Below are positions 26,101 through 36,885 of a DNA stretch of 64,000 bases, piece after piece. Position numbers and translations under genes: made by a program. Numbering within the stretch: the first letter of the stretch is position 1; the number at the start of each line of letters is the position of its first letter. Source of the stretch: Asterias rubens (lineage: Eukaryota); contig NC_047070.1 of assembly GCF_902459465.1 (NCBI RefSeq), forward strand, positions 13,888,001-13,952,000. Direction: 5' to 3'. Below the pieces are notes generated by a model. The model ran no database searches and was not told where the DNA came from. It saw nothing but the letters and a program-made list of their open reading frames with translations.

Positions 26101-28620
26101 ATTATTACATTTTTCAACACTGAGTCCCCGTGTTAACACACATCGGTGCTTATGGGTAAAAACAAATGCATATTTTCTCTTTACGTCGTGTCCTAGCGGT
26201 TAAGAGCACCGAACTCAAGCTCTGTTTTTTCCCTTCTGTACAGCAGAGTGTGGGTTCGAGCCACAGCATGAAACCTGTGTCCTTAAGCAAGACGCTTTGT
26301 GATGCTTCGTCCTTCGGATAGGACGTAAATCCGTCGGTCCCGTATGTTGTGTAACGCACGTAAAACAAAAAAACAGTGCACCTATTGACAAGAGAGGGGG
26401 TTCGCCCGGTGTTACTGGCTTGAAAGGCATCATATTGCGCATGGCACCCCGTAAACCTTCTTATGGTGCTAACGGAGTAGATCTCAAACGTAGTCGCACA
26501 TCTTGCAGTAAAAGCACCTTGATCGTCACTGAGTGACGGATAGAGCAATATATGAGAAGCCACTATAATAAGTATTATTAGAAAGAGTCGTTTCTGTTGT
26601 TAAACCACTTACCGTCCACCCACCTCCACCAAACTGCATGTCACAATATACACTAGTTCCACCAGGTGCTGCCCCCTTGATGTAGATGGTATAGAGACCA
26701 CTGTTATAGAATCCATCACTGTAATAGCCCCAACAATCTCTGGGACCAGGCTGGGCTGATGGTCCAAAAGTAAGAGAAAAAGTAAGAAATATTAAAGCAA
26801 ACATAATTTTAACACATTTATTTAAATAATAATAGTGATAATATAGATAGGTCATTTTTGTCGCACTTATCTGGGAAACCCGATCACGGCGCCTATACGC
26901 ACAAAGGGGAAAGGCAATTTATACCTTTAGTTTTGGAAACAGTTCGATCCATTATAATTGGAGTTGTATTATTAAAATGTAAACAACTTTAATTTCAAAT
27001 GGTCGACGTTGTTGAGGTATCGCTGGAAATTTAGAGCAAATTTTATATCCGCGCCGGAAGGTTGAATCTTGTACACAATATGAGAAGCTGTAACGCTTCT
27101 TGTAATAAAATTTTGTGGATAAAATTTGTACACTTTTGTCATAACCGCAGTAGCCTACTTTAAAGTGAAATGTTTCTCAAAATGCTTTATTATGTCCAAA
27201 ACTGTTGTAAAGGCCCCTACTTCTTACCCAGTTAAATTTATATTGCGGTAATTTCCATTCATTGCTAAACGTATTCAGTAAAAGCGGCGTTATATTTTGT
27301 TACTTCTTTTTTACGTTTAAACAGCAGTGATTGGAACATTAAACAAATTTACTTGAAAAATTAACCCCAAAAAGCAACGGCCTAATAACTGGTTGGTTCT
27401 GTCGAAGGGACACCTCCCAACTATAAGAGTAATCCGCACCTGTCAATTTACCAAATTGATTCAAGTGAAAACCACCACATTATTTCGAGCGCACAAAATA
27501 CAGCACTGAATTTTTTTAACACGTGAGTTTTGTTCCACATCATAATCCGTTAACATAATGGTCTTCGTGACAACCAGTAACGCATTGAATTACATTTTCC
27601 CCGGTCTAGTCTTTGTAGCTCCATTCCTCTGACGAGTCAAGTGATGGAACATTCGCAGTTATTGCTGCAAGGAATTGAACAGAAGTGTTTATTCATAGAA
27701 CAATCAATGCCCAATTGAAGAATATGATTCAAACATATCTCTTGCAGCATTTAAATTCTGGTCCAGTTGTAAACAGCTAGCTGAACATATTCCGCAAACG
27801 AAAAAGACCACCAAATTTTTTGGGGAGTTGGGGTGGGGGGTTGGAGTGCACTCCTACCTGTTGTTTTGAATGCAGTTGTCGGCAGTTTAGTTGTCTGCAT
27901 GGTTGTCGACATGTCAGTTGTTGACGGTTGTTTGGTTGTTTGCAACGCAGTTGTTGGCGGCTTTTCCGTTATCGGCTCTCGAGTTGTCGGTTGTCCAGTT
28001 GTCTGGCTAGTTGTCAACATATCGGTTGTTGGCGGCTGTTTGGTTGTTTGTAACGCAGTCGTTGACGGTGTTTCCGTTGTCGGCGCTTGAGTTGTCGGTT
28101 GCCCTGTTGTTGTGGGTGCTGTTGTTGAAGGCATGTCCGTTGATAGAACTTGTGTGGTCTGAGATGGTGATTGTCAGTTAAAAAGGAAAGTCTACTTTAA
28201 TCCCATTTTACGTGAAAAAAAATCATGCTTTAATCATTTTCAGCGGTCCATGCGGCGAAACATTGACCTGAAGTGTTCGCAATAAAAACAAAGCCAGAAC
28301 TGCACGGGGCCGAAGCCACACAAAGGAAGCCAGCCGTTCAAAACTACCCTCGAAATCGCCCTTTTAAACGAATAAATACAAAACAACATAATTATTCCTC
28401 TTTTGCTACAAACACTGCAGATTTTTAGTTCCGTTAAGATTAAAATACATTAACTCTTTTGTAGAGCCATAAATTTCGGACAAACTCTCCTCCCATCGTC
28501 TCACCGACTCCTTGCTAGTAGTTCGTTGAACTGTGCCGTCTAATATTATCATACACCCACCATCCACAAGAGCTATGACAAGAACACTCATCCGAGTTTT
28601 TGTTGCTGCTGCTGCTGTTA

Positions 28621-28702
<82 letters not shown>

Positions 28703-30056
28703 ATACTGCGGCATTTCGTTTCACAATGGTGTCAGGTGTGTAAAATTTAGCCTTTTGTCTAAAAATAATATTACTTTGTTTGAAAACAAAACCTTCGAGT
28801 AGGTACTCTTCAAGTTGAGTGAAAAGAAGGAAAAGGCCAAAAATGGGAGGTCAATCTCCACATGAATGGCAGCGTAGGCATGACCAATGGGAGACTTTAG
28901 GACGCTAGGTGGCAGCAGACTTACCAGGTAAATGTCGATTTTGTACGTTGTTCTGAGCAATGGATTTTACCTGCTCAGTCTGCTGCCACCAAGCGTCCCA
29001 AAAGTCTCCCATCAAGCCTGTTAAATTTCATTTCATTTCAATACATTTATTTCAATGTTGCCATAAAGTTACATTTGTGTACATCGCTAAAGTTAATATA
29101 CATGATAATGAATAGATAATGGCAAACCACAGATGTAGCCAAGACAATAACAATTTACACGGAAGTTGAGTAAATAATGACAAACAGGACAACATATAGG
29201 CATAGGGTGAAGCAAGGCTTTTGTTCCCGTACCTACGGACAGACAAAAACCGAACAAAACAAACAAACACACCAACAAACTATCACAACACTGACTTACA
29301 TAAAAAACAAGAGCCGACATAAAAAACAAGGTGCACAACAAGAGCCGACATTGAACATGGGGCGGGGTCAGGGCCCAACGAGATATGGCCGGGATTGTGT
29401 TCTCTGTTGGCGTTATCCTTTCAATGATTCTATTCATAAGTATAATTTAAAAAATAAAGTAGTTTTATTAAATAACCATTGAATGTGAAGGGCAAAGATA
29501 TAGCTTTGAAGTTGTTGTTATTTGGTTATTAGCATCGGAAATTACAATGAATCAAAGGTAAAAAGGGAGCGACACGATCCACTGTGACGTCACGAAACCC
29601 ACTGATTGGCATAGGTAAAAACATAAAATACAATCAGTTATATGACATTCTTCAAAGCCCCATCACTTTAACCAAATTACTAACGAATCAATGGTTGTCA
29701 TTGAAAATCAGAAGATTTTTGTGTATTACCTTTGACGTGATTTCGTAATAAGACCATCCATCATTCGTAATGACATCCGATGGGTGGTCAGTCTTGCTGC
29801 CGTCATAAAGCTCACATTCACCGGTTAGCTGGCTGTAACTCACGGCCACACATTGGGGTTCACGGAGGCAGTTGGCCAAGCATCTTGACGCAGATCTGAC
29901 TCGTTGTAGACTCAGTAGTAGATGGTTCTTAAGAGCAATGTTAGATACCGAGGGTTTAGAGAAATCTGCCGACTGCAAAATTGTTTCACAGCACAACAAG
30001 TTGGCCAAGGAAACACATATTGCGACATATGTGCATTGTCGCAACTCTCTGCCCAT
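23187..30056 (-). CDS. Gene B: secreted PAN/apple + Thr-rich stalk + single FReD, 432 aa, 6 coding exons
   Basis: Exons: 30056-29730, 28158-27858, 26755-26613, 25508-25315, 24332-24259, 23446-23187. GT..AG introns with phases 0,1,0,2,1; 1299 nt. Hydrophobic N-terminus MGRELRQCTYVAICVSLANLLCC; PAN (RCLANCLREPQC..CEL). FReD motifs VYCDMQFGGGGWTTIQRR, FWLGLD, WTTHDKDND..C, GAWWYNSCHTSNLNG, EMKIKP. Confidence 0.88.
24677..25042. mobile_element. MITE family K1 in a gene B intron
   Basis: ttaa|aggcagtgtacactattgg..ccactgcct|ttaa. Confidence 0.8.
25740..26095 (+). mobile_element. Penelope-like retroelement 3' fragment (GIY-YIG endonuclease C-terminus), antisense in a gene B intron
   Basis: RMSQHRR..S..F..L..NHSF....VLERE..LERGVKEAIY..R..P..NR.G.LR is typical of the end of the Penelope GIY-YIG domain. 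Confidence 0.75.
26190..26575 (+). mobile_element. DeuSINE-like SINE, near full length
   Basis: A-box-like tagcggttaagagc, B-box ggttcgagcc, the shared Deu-like body, and an AT-rich tail. Confidence 0.75.
28605..28700. repeat. Compound (GCT)n(GTT)n microsatellite in gene B intron 1
   Basis: Read directly from the sequence. Other simple repeats: (TTCG)n at ~30484-30523 and an ~85-bp tandem duplication at ~51793-51960. Confidence 0.9.
28887..29012. mobile_element. Short foldback MITE with ggacgctaggtggcagcagac arms
   Basis: atgggagacttt..ggacgctaggtggcagcagact / agtctgctgccaccaagcgtcc..aaagtctcccat. Longer relatives lie in intron 1 of both HNMT-like copies (~35460-35790, ~43425-43705). Confidence 0.65.
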
Positions 30057-30665
30057 GATAATAGTTAAGTATAGCTTTAAAATAATACGTTTGATTCAAG
30101 TTGGCAACATCAAGCACTAAACAATTGCTTCGGTATTATAATCTTGAGAGAAAGTTGAAACTCAACAACATTGATTCTTCTGGTTGAGTATTTTGTGGAA
30201 ATCATCAATGTTATTGATAGCTGACCCACTTTGCAAGGCAAAACAGGCTATTGCTTTATACGCGTGTTCCATTTGATTTGGCGCATGCGCGTCCTGCCTC
30301 TATCTTTCTTTCGATGACGTCACAACTACCAACGAGTTGGTGTTATTATTTTAATTGGAGTTCATTGATCTTGTCGATTTTATACCCGTAGTGGCTGAGA
30401 ATCAAGACTAAGCCCATTGTAACCTGTGCAAACACAATATTGTCCAAATCATGCAAATCTTCTAATGAAAGAGAACGGTGACGAACGTTCGTTCGTTCGT
30501 TCGTTCGTTCGTTCGTTCGTTCGTGCAATCAAACACCCTGGTTATTAATGCTGCCTTATTTTCTATCTACAACCTAAAATGCTGACTGAATTACTTCCAT
30601 TTACGTACAGACACTTCGTTTGTACTAGGTGGCTTGAGCTGCCATTTACGTGTAGACACTCCAGA

Positions 30666-30709
30666 GTCTCCTGACGATGACTAGAGCAAGCTAGTCGAAA
30701 CGTTGAGAC
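30666..30709 (+). ncRNA. Minimal type I hammerhead ribozyme (Penelope/retrozyme type)
   Basis: GTCTC|CTGACGA|T|GACTAG-AGCAAG-CTAGTC|GAA|ACGT|T|GAGAC. Perfect 5-bp helix I, CUGANGA and GAAA core boxes, perfect 6-bp helix II, palindromic ACGU helix III, GUU triplet. Confidence 0.75.
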
Positions 30710-30960
30710 CAATTTCAGAACTGACTCCGCGGCAGTACAGTTAATTACGATCCTATAAGCTAAAGTAGTAGTCCAGTCTAATTCCTATACCATCCGCCCT
30801 GGTAATAGTTAAAAAGCAGGACATTTCTTTTCAGAACTGAGAAGTCTCCCGAACCTCCGATTATCTACTCCACGGCAGTAGAATAAAGCAAGACAGTTCC
30901 CTATGAACAACTCTACCTAGTAAGTAGATACACACATGGTGTTACCGCAAACCAAGTATA
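30666..30960 (+). mobile_element. Hammerhead-bearing ~300-bp dispersed non-coding repeat (retrozyme/Penelope-derived candidate)
   Basis: The body (..ttttcagaactgagaagtctcccgaac..ctctacctggcaagtagatacacacatggtgttaccgcaaacc) recurs at 54441-54765, ~645-840, ~5580-5695 and, in part, ~40990-41060. Confidence 0.65.
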
Positions 30961-31900
30961 CATTAATTACATGATCTTACAACTCAGAACATTCTGACCC
31001 AAATGCAGCCATTTAACAAAACTGAAATTTGAAAATTAATGCAACTCTTATACAATTAAAATTTATCTTTATTTCTCATCATCTCGTTTTCCATAACATC
31101 GAGATATTATTATTATTCGTTGTTTCATTTAACCCTACTGTAGTGACATCTTCCTAGCTGGATACGACTAGATAAGTTGCTGTGTTTTGTTTTGTTTTCA
31201 TTTGGTGCTGCAAAATGGAGTGTACAAAATGTACGTGTAACAAATAGATTCAACGCAGTGGTGCTAGTAACTAAACACTGCAATAACAACTTGCAATCGA
31301 TCGGAGTGTCCTTCATACTAGCGATAATTCCTCAGTGACTAATTTACTTTCTAACAAACAAAGGAGATGAGTTCCAGACAGTTTCCTTGGAAACTATTAC
31401 AATGCAGTAACCACTCCACATAGTTAATAATGTTTATTCTGTCATGAATTGCGTCAGAAGACCTTGGTTTTAAAGAAAAGAAGAACAAAATGATGCATTG
31501 ATAGAGGCATAATGCTAAATATTTGTGCAATGCTTTAAGGCGGTGCGCAAAAAGCATAAGAAGGTATGATTACATAAGCATGAGGAGGTAAGAATTCAAT
31601 TAAAATTTGAAAAAAATACCAATACAATCCCAAAGACAATACATACCAAAAGTTGAAACATAAAGGAGTTGCTCGATTAAAACATTTACAAATCGAACAT
31701 AATTATTCATACAGACTTGAAATAAAATGAAATGGCAAGAAAATAGATCCTGTCAATAACGCTCGTCTCGATAGCACAATTTTTCGTCATTTTAAAACCT
31801 TTTTTTTTAGGCAGACTTAAAGAAAACTAATATAATCTCTTTCCAATGTGTCTTGTGTGCGTGGGTAAGGCCAGGCACAACACAGACTCTGCACACTCAT

Positions 31901-32150
31901 GGGTGCGTTCGTTTAGCTTCCCTGTGTCTACCCCGCGGTGCTCACTCGGGTGAGCCCCTGACAAGAGCTAAACCAACAACCACTCGCTGCTCTCGTAGTG
32001 ACGTCGTTCACCTGGGGCCAGCCCCCAAGTGACCCACTCCACAAGCAGGGCACTGGGGGGCTGACCTGGGTGAGCCCCTGGAATGACGTCAAAAGCTATT
32101 GGAACGCACCGGGGCAGATCGGGGATGACCCAGGGAAGCTAAACGAACGC
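31901..32150. mobile_element. MITE with TIR gggtgcgttcgtttagcttccc
   Basis: Ends in gggaagctaaacgaacgcac. Opposite-orientation copies at ~45500-45750 and ~47893-48142. Confidence 0.7.
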
Positions 32151-33057
32151 ACAACCTATACCACATCCGTCTGTAAACGGTACCGACAACTGATGTAACT
32201 ACATGTATAAAATGCCTTTTCGAAGAAAAACAAAACACTTGATGAATCTATCGGGGGGGGGGGCGGGGGTGCAGCAAACAGACAATGAGAAACAACATTG
32301 TTGACATAGGGGGGCCATGCTCAGTGCCACGTATGGTTTTCACTCCCCGCTTAAAGGGTCTGTATACGTTTGGTAATGACTCCGAATATTAATTTTAGTA
32401 CAAACTTTCGTGTTATCAGTTACGCTAGCTTTTGATAGTATAATGCAATGTTGAGAACAATTTCACTTCGAAGTAGTGTGGTTATGGAAAAAGATATCAC
32501 TTTTTATCCCAACAAATTTGAATAATGAAGTAAACCGGTAACGCTTCTAAAAGATATGTGTGTTCTTATTATGTTCTGCCTGCGTGGACAAACATTCCGG
32601 ATTATCGGCCAACTTTTGAAATTAAATTTTCGTGTGTTAGTTTTATTGTGTATATTTACATTTGTATAGGATTGAAACATTCGAAGGGCTAAAAAACCAA
32701 GGGTATATACAAACCCTTGAAATACAATGGCTTTATAAAAGTCACCTATATGCTTATGAACAAACAAAAACAATTTTAGTTTGTCACGATATGTTAAAAA
32801 CAAATTAATTATAAAGTTGTTTGGGGTGACTCCGCCTACCCTTTTTTGTGACGTCAATCGAGACAGACTTTGCACTGTCGTCAATATCCCGCCATTAGTT
32901 TCACTCGCTAGTTCCTCTCATTATTGAACATAACACTTTAATGACTTAAATCTCATGACAACGCTTTTGCCCCCAAGACTGCAAGACCCCAAGATATTCA
33001 AAACCGTGTGTTTCAAGTTCAAGAAATGTAATATATATATTTTTTGAGGAGCACGGG

Positions 33058-36000
33058 TTAGCGTACGATTATAAAATGCTCCCAATCTCCTTTGAGTAAT
33101 ATCTTGCCATCTATCTTGTCAGAGAAGCGATCACTTTTCAAGAATTGCAAGATGTCTGCTTGGGTTTCAGGGGAGGCTGTTTCAGTCAAATTAGCCACGT
33201 TTGTGTAGAAAAAGTCTAGGAGAAGACGTCCGTCTTCAGTCATATCTTCGGGAGGATCGAAGCAGTCAGTGATGTCTGTACGCTCTTCGATGACAGATTC
33301 ATGTGCTATGGGGATGTTTTCAATTACACATGCAGTCTTGACTTCTTGAGAAGTTATATCGGGTTGATGGTATCTCTCTGCAAAAGCTGCACCAACTGTT
33401 CCTGTTTGACCAAAACAACTTTAATTATATTAGCGGTTACAAATAAGTGGGTAACAGTAGTGTGTAAGATAATATTTAAAGTCACCTGGAAGTGGTATTT
33501 TGTCAAAATAAAGCTTTTGTCATTCAAATATGTGTTTTGATGTGTGGAATATGAATAAACCATTAACTAAGGTTTAAAAAAAATAGTTTCCATGTTATTT
33601 ACACATTTGAAAAAAAGCCCGACCCGAGAGGCCGCTGTTCGTGACGTCAATCGAGGCACGATGAATCGCATTCAGTGCCAACACAACATAGTGACGCTTG
33701 GCGCAAGCTAAAAACAATACCTGATTTGTTTCACGTTAGGCAAATGCTCTTTTAGGTTCGTTACGTCTTTCAGGTACCTTCTTTGACTTCCCCACTAGCT
33801 GGAAAAATTATTGGGATGGCGTCATGTTTTAGAAAAGAACTTTTCTCTTCATGTCAAAATCTGAAGTGTATTCCGGATTCTCGAAGCACGACGGCTAGAA
33901 GTGTTTGCTGCACGGCGCTGTATAGGACGACGGACCAGACAACTTGGCAAACTGACCAGCAGCAGCAATACACCTGGTCGACATTGCTGGAAAAATGCAA
34001 GAAAACAACTTTTTCAAAACGTACAAACTCACGACTAAGACTTGAATGTACTTGCACGTTCGTGTGTTCGATGTTCGATCGAGGCAAAGTCTTCCTCGAT
34101 TGACGTCACAAAAGGGGTAGGCGGAGTCACCCCCACACAGCTTTATTTGTTTGTTTAAACATATAAATCGTTAAAAACAATTACTCAAAAAATAATTTTA
34201 TTGTTCATGACTATATACTCTAATGTTTGAAAAAAAAATCTATTTCCAGGTGCCTTTAACTTATTTGAACCATTTACCCAAACTCAAATACACAACCCCA
34301 TGGTAGAGTTTGTTTATGTAATTGTATGCTTTTAGCATTTTACACAACTTTTACATTGATCATCGGCGTTTTTTCATAGAAAGGAGGCCATTTTGGGCGC
34401 AATAAAGGGGATTAGCGTGTATAGTATCCTTAACATTTTCAATTTTAATCTTACAGTTTATGATATATTTTTAACTTGTGGATTTTACTCACCGGTACAC
34501 CATGTGAGTTTGAATCACTACGCTCCATCCAGCATAAAGATTTATTCGTGATAAAATTGGTTGGAACTTTACCATACTTTTGATAATAAGACATTAAAAT
34601 TTATGTCAGCCCGAGCCAAAAAGTTACGAAAGCAGAGCTCAAGGTTTTCCGACTCTCAGATTATTGTTTTTGGTCAGGTCAGAGTGAGCGTTACGTACCC
34701 GTAACAGCCAGTATCAGCATCATGCCACCGGGTTCCAGTCGATTGTACAGATCTCTGAGTGTGCCCGGGAGATCTTGAAAGTAATACACGGAATGCACGG
34801 CGCTGATGAAGTGGAACTTCTCGCCGTCGTTTACGCCGTTCTCCAGGTAGGCCTTCAGCGTCTCTGTCCGCCAATCGTAACTGATGCTATGTAGCTGAGT
34901 TCCCTGGGTGTCGACACGATTCTGGTATTCTTTAATCATGTAAACAGATGGCTCTACGATCGTGACTGTGACGGGATGCACGAACTCGTTCCTGTCTCGT
35001 ATGACCTTTAAGATTTCATCTTCAACTTCACCTATGTACCATTGTTGAGGTTTTCAAAAACAATCAAAAACCATGTATAAGCAATTCGTATTGACGCTAT
35101 TTTTTGTTGTACACACAATGTATACTTCTTTAAAGTATCCCAGAGCGTTTGAAGATGGAGTCTCAAAGTATCGCTTTTGACCAGAATCAAACCAGAGTTG
35201 ATATTTCCGAAATATTTTCACAATTTCAAAAGATAGTTAGTGTCTTAACGTTTTGAACAAGAATTATCATATAGATAGTTTAGTGGCCTGACGATTTTGT
35301 CTTTCTCTTTTTAGCCTTGGAGAAAGACTGGTAGGGTAAACACCTCAGGCTATGCTAACTTATTCTAAGGTGACGTAGTCTGTGTGTCACTAAAAGACAA
35401 TAAAAACGGAGGAAAAACAAAAGACGAAACCTTTTTTAAAAAACAGTACAATATTGGATTTCTTGGGACGCTAGGTGGCAGCAGACGTACAAGGTTAATC
35501 CTTTGTTCTTGGTATTTTGTGCATGCTCAGAACTATGTAATTGTGTATGCTCAGAACTATGTAAACAATGAACATGGACCTTTCCTCAAAGACCCATTAC
35601 GCAAACGCCAACTGTTCAATGATGATGCATGCTGGTCTAGTTAGCGATCAAAATTGATCTCTAGCTAGACCAGCATGTAAACCTCGTTCCACGCCTTACG
35701 CGCGTGTACTGAGTATTTTGCGATAAGGTCGTGGATAAGGTCCATTTCCCCGGCAAATCTGCTTCCACCAAGCGGTTCCAAGGTCGCCATGGGTGTGTGG
35801 GCCGCAGATTTAAAAAAAAAAAAAAATACCGAGATCATGAATCTTCAATCTTCAACCTCACACATAATGTCAACCATACAATACTAATCTATACTAACAG
35901 ATTTGCAGTAAACAACAGATCTGTAATTCGTAGTAAAAATTACTATTTATGTCAACTCGTTATTGAAACATACCGTCGCCAGGTCCGATGCTAAGTACCC

Positions 36001-36160
36001 GCGTGACGTCACCAGAGTTGACCTTGATTGAGGCCATGACCTGGCGTAGCTGGGTGTGTATAAAGTTGGTCGTAACTTGAAGTCTGTTACTGTTACGAGC
36101 GTACGCTTTGAAGGAACGGTGATACCGATCGAAATCTCCGATTAATTTGCCCGATGCCAT
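33058..36160 (-). CDS. HNMT: Histamine N-methyltransferase-like SAM-dependent methyltransferase, copy 1 (287 aa, 3 coding exons)
   Basis: Exons 36160-35974, 35031-34699, 33401-33058; both introns phase 1; 864 nt. Motif I RVLSIGPGDGEVE (human HNMT ILSIGGGAGEID), motif II IVEPS, FHFISAVHSVYY (human WDFIHMIQMLYY), C-terminal LLLDFF..N..TASPE..DGKILL. The family is recognised; orthology to vertebrate HNMT is not established. Confidence 0.85.
33480..34255. mobile_element. TTAA-flanked element family K5 in HNMT-like copy 1 intron 2
   Basis: ttaa|agtcacctggaagt..ttccaggtgcct|ttaa with internal tgacgtcaatcgagg motifs; absent from copy 2. A shorter relative lies at 55597-56138. Confidence 0.75.
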
Positions 36161-36885
36161 TGTTTTAACCACGGTCGGTGCAGTCAGTGTTGTCTAAACT
36201 AAAACTGCAAAAAAATGCATTGTGATTCAACAAGATAGTTTATTGACAAAATGCAATTTTATAACCAAGATCATGTTATAGCTACCTGAATTACTCAGAA
36301 AGGTGTACTCTTAACTTGACATCGCTTTAACATGGGACAGAGAACTTTGAGAGTTTAACTATATGATACTGATTAATAATTTATGTTCTCCAATATTTTA
36401 ATATCACACCCGGTAGTGTTTACTCTTGTTCTAAATCAACCAACATAGAGATTTCCCTACGTTTAAAATTCAACGTTGTGGAAGAAATGATTCTTGTTTT
36501 CATAGTCTACCTAACAGGTCGACCACAAAAACCCTGAAGAATATTCATTGTCCTTACCCTGACCCTAACCCTGACCCAAACCCTGACTCAAACCCTTACC
36601 GAAACCTTGCATCAAGAGGGGCTGAACCATAATCTGGTTTATAATAGATGTTAAATTTGCATCGGGAATAAAGACACTGCTCTAGAATTGCAAGGGTCGT
36701 GGGTTCGAATCCCACCGAATGTGCCTGGGCTTTTTTTCACAGGGCTCGGGAAAGTATACAGTGCTAACACACATCAGTGTATAACATGGGTATAAACCAT
36801 GAACAGAATGTCGGCATATAGAGCTTTCACAATATTATGAACGTGCACATAATATACAAAACTCAAATAATGTTTTGAGCATCTA

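Noticed and set aside
27624-27675. Hammerhead-like ctgacgagtc..gat ggaac with attcct/aggaat flanks
   Set aside because: The GAAA box is broken (GGAA) and there is no valid helix III or UH site; it is at best a very decayed relic.
34493-34574. Possible extra HNMT-like exon with a GTGAGT donor
   Set aside because: It is not conserved in copy 2 (deletion, donor changed), and exons 2 and 3 already join in phase to give an HNMT-sized protein.
36672-36790. tRNA gene candidates (ggttcgaatccc B-box; also ~9490-9680, 26190-26270, 54230-54315)
   Set aside because: No complete cloverleaf could be folded, and each continues into a repeated SINE body, so they are treated as SINE heads.
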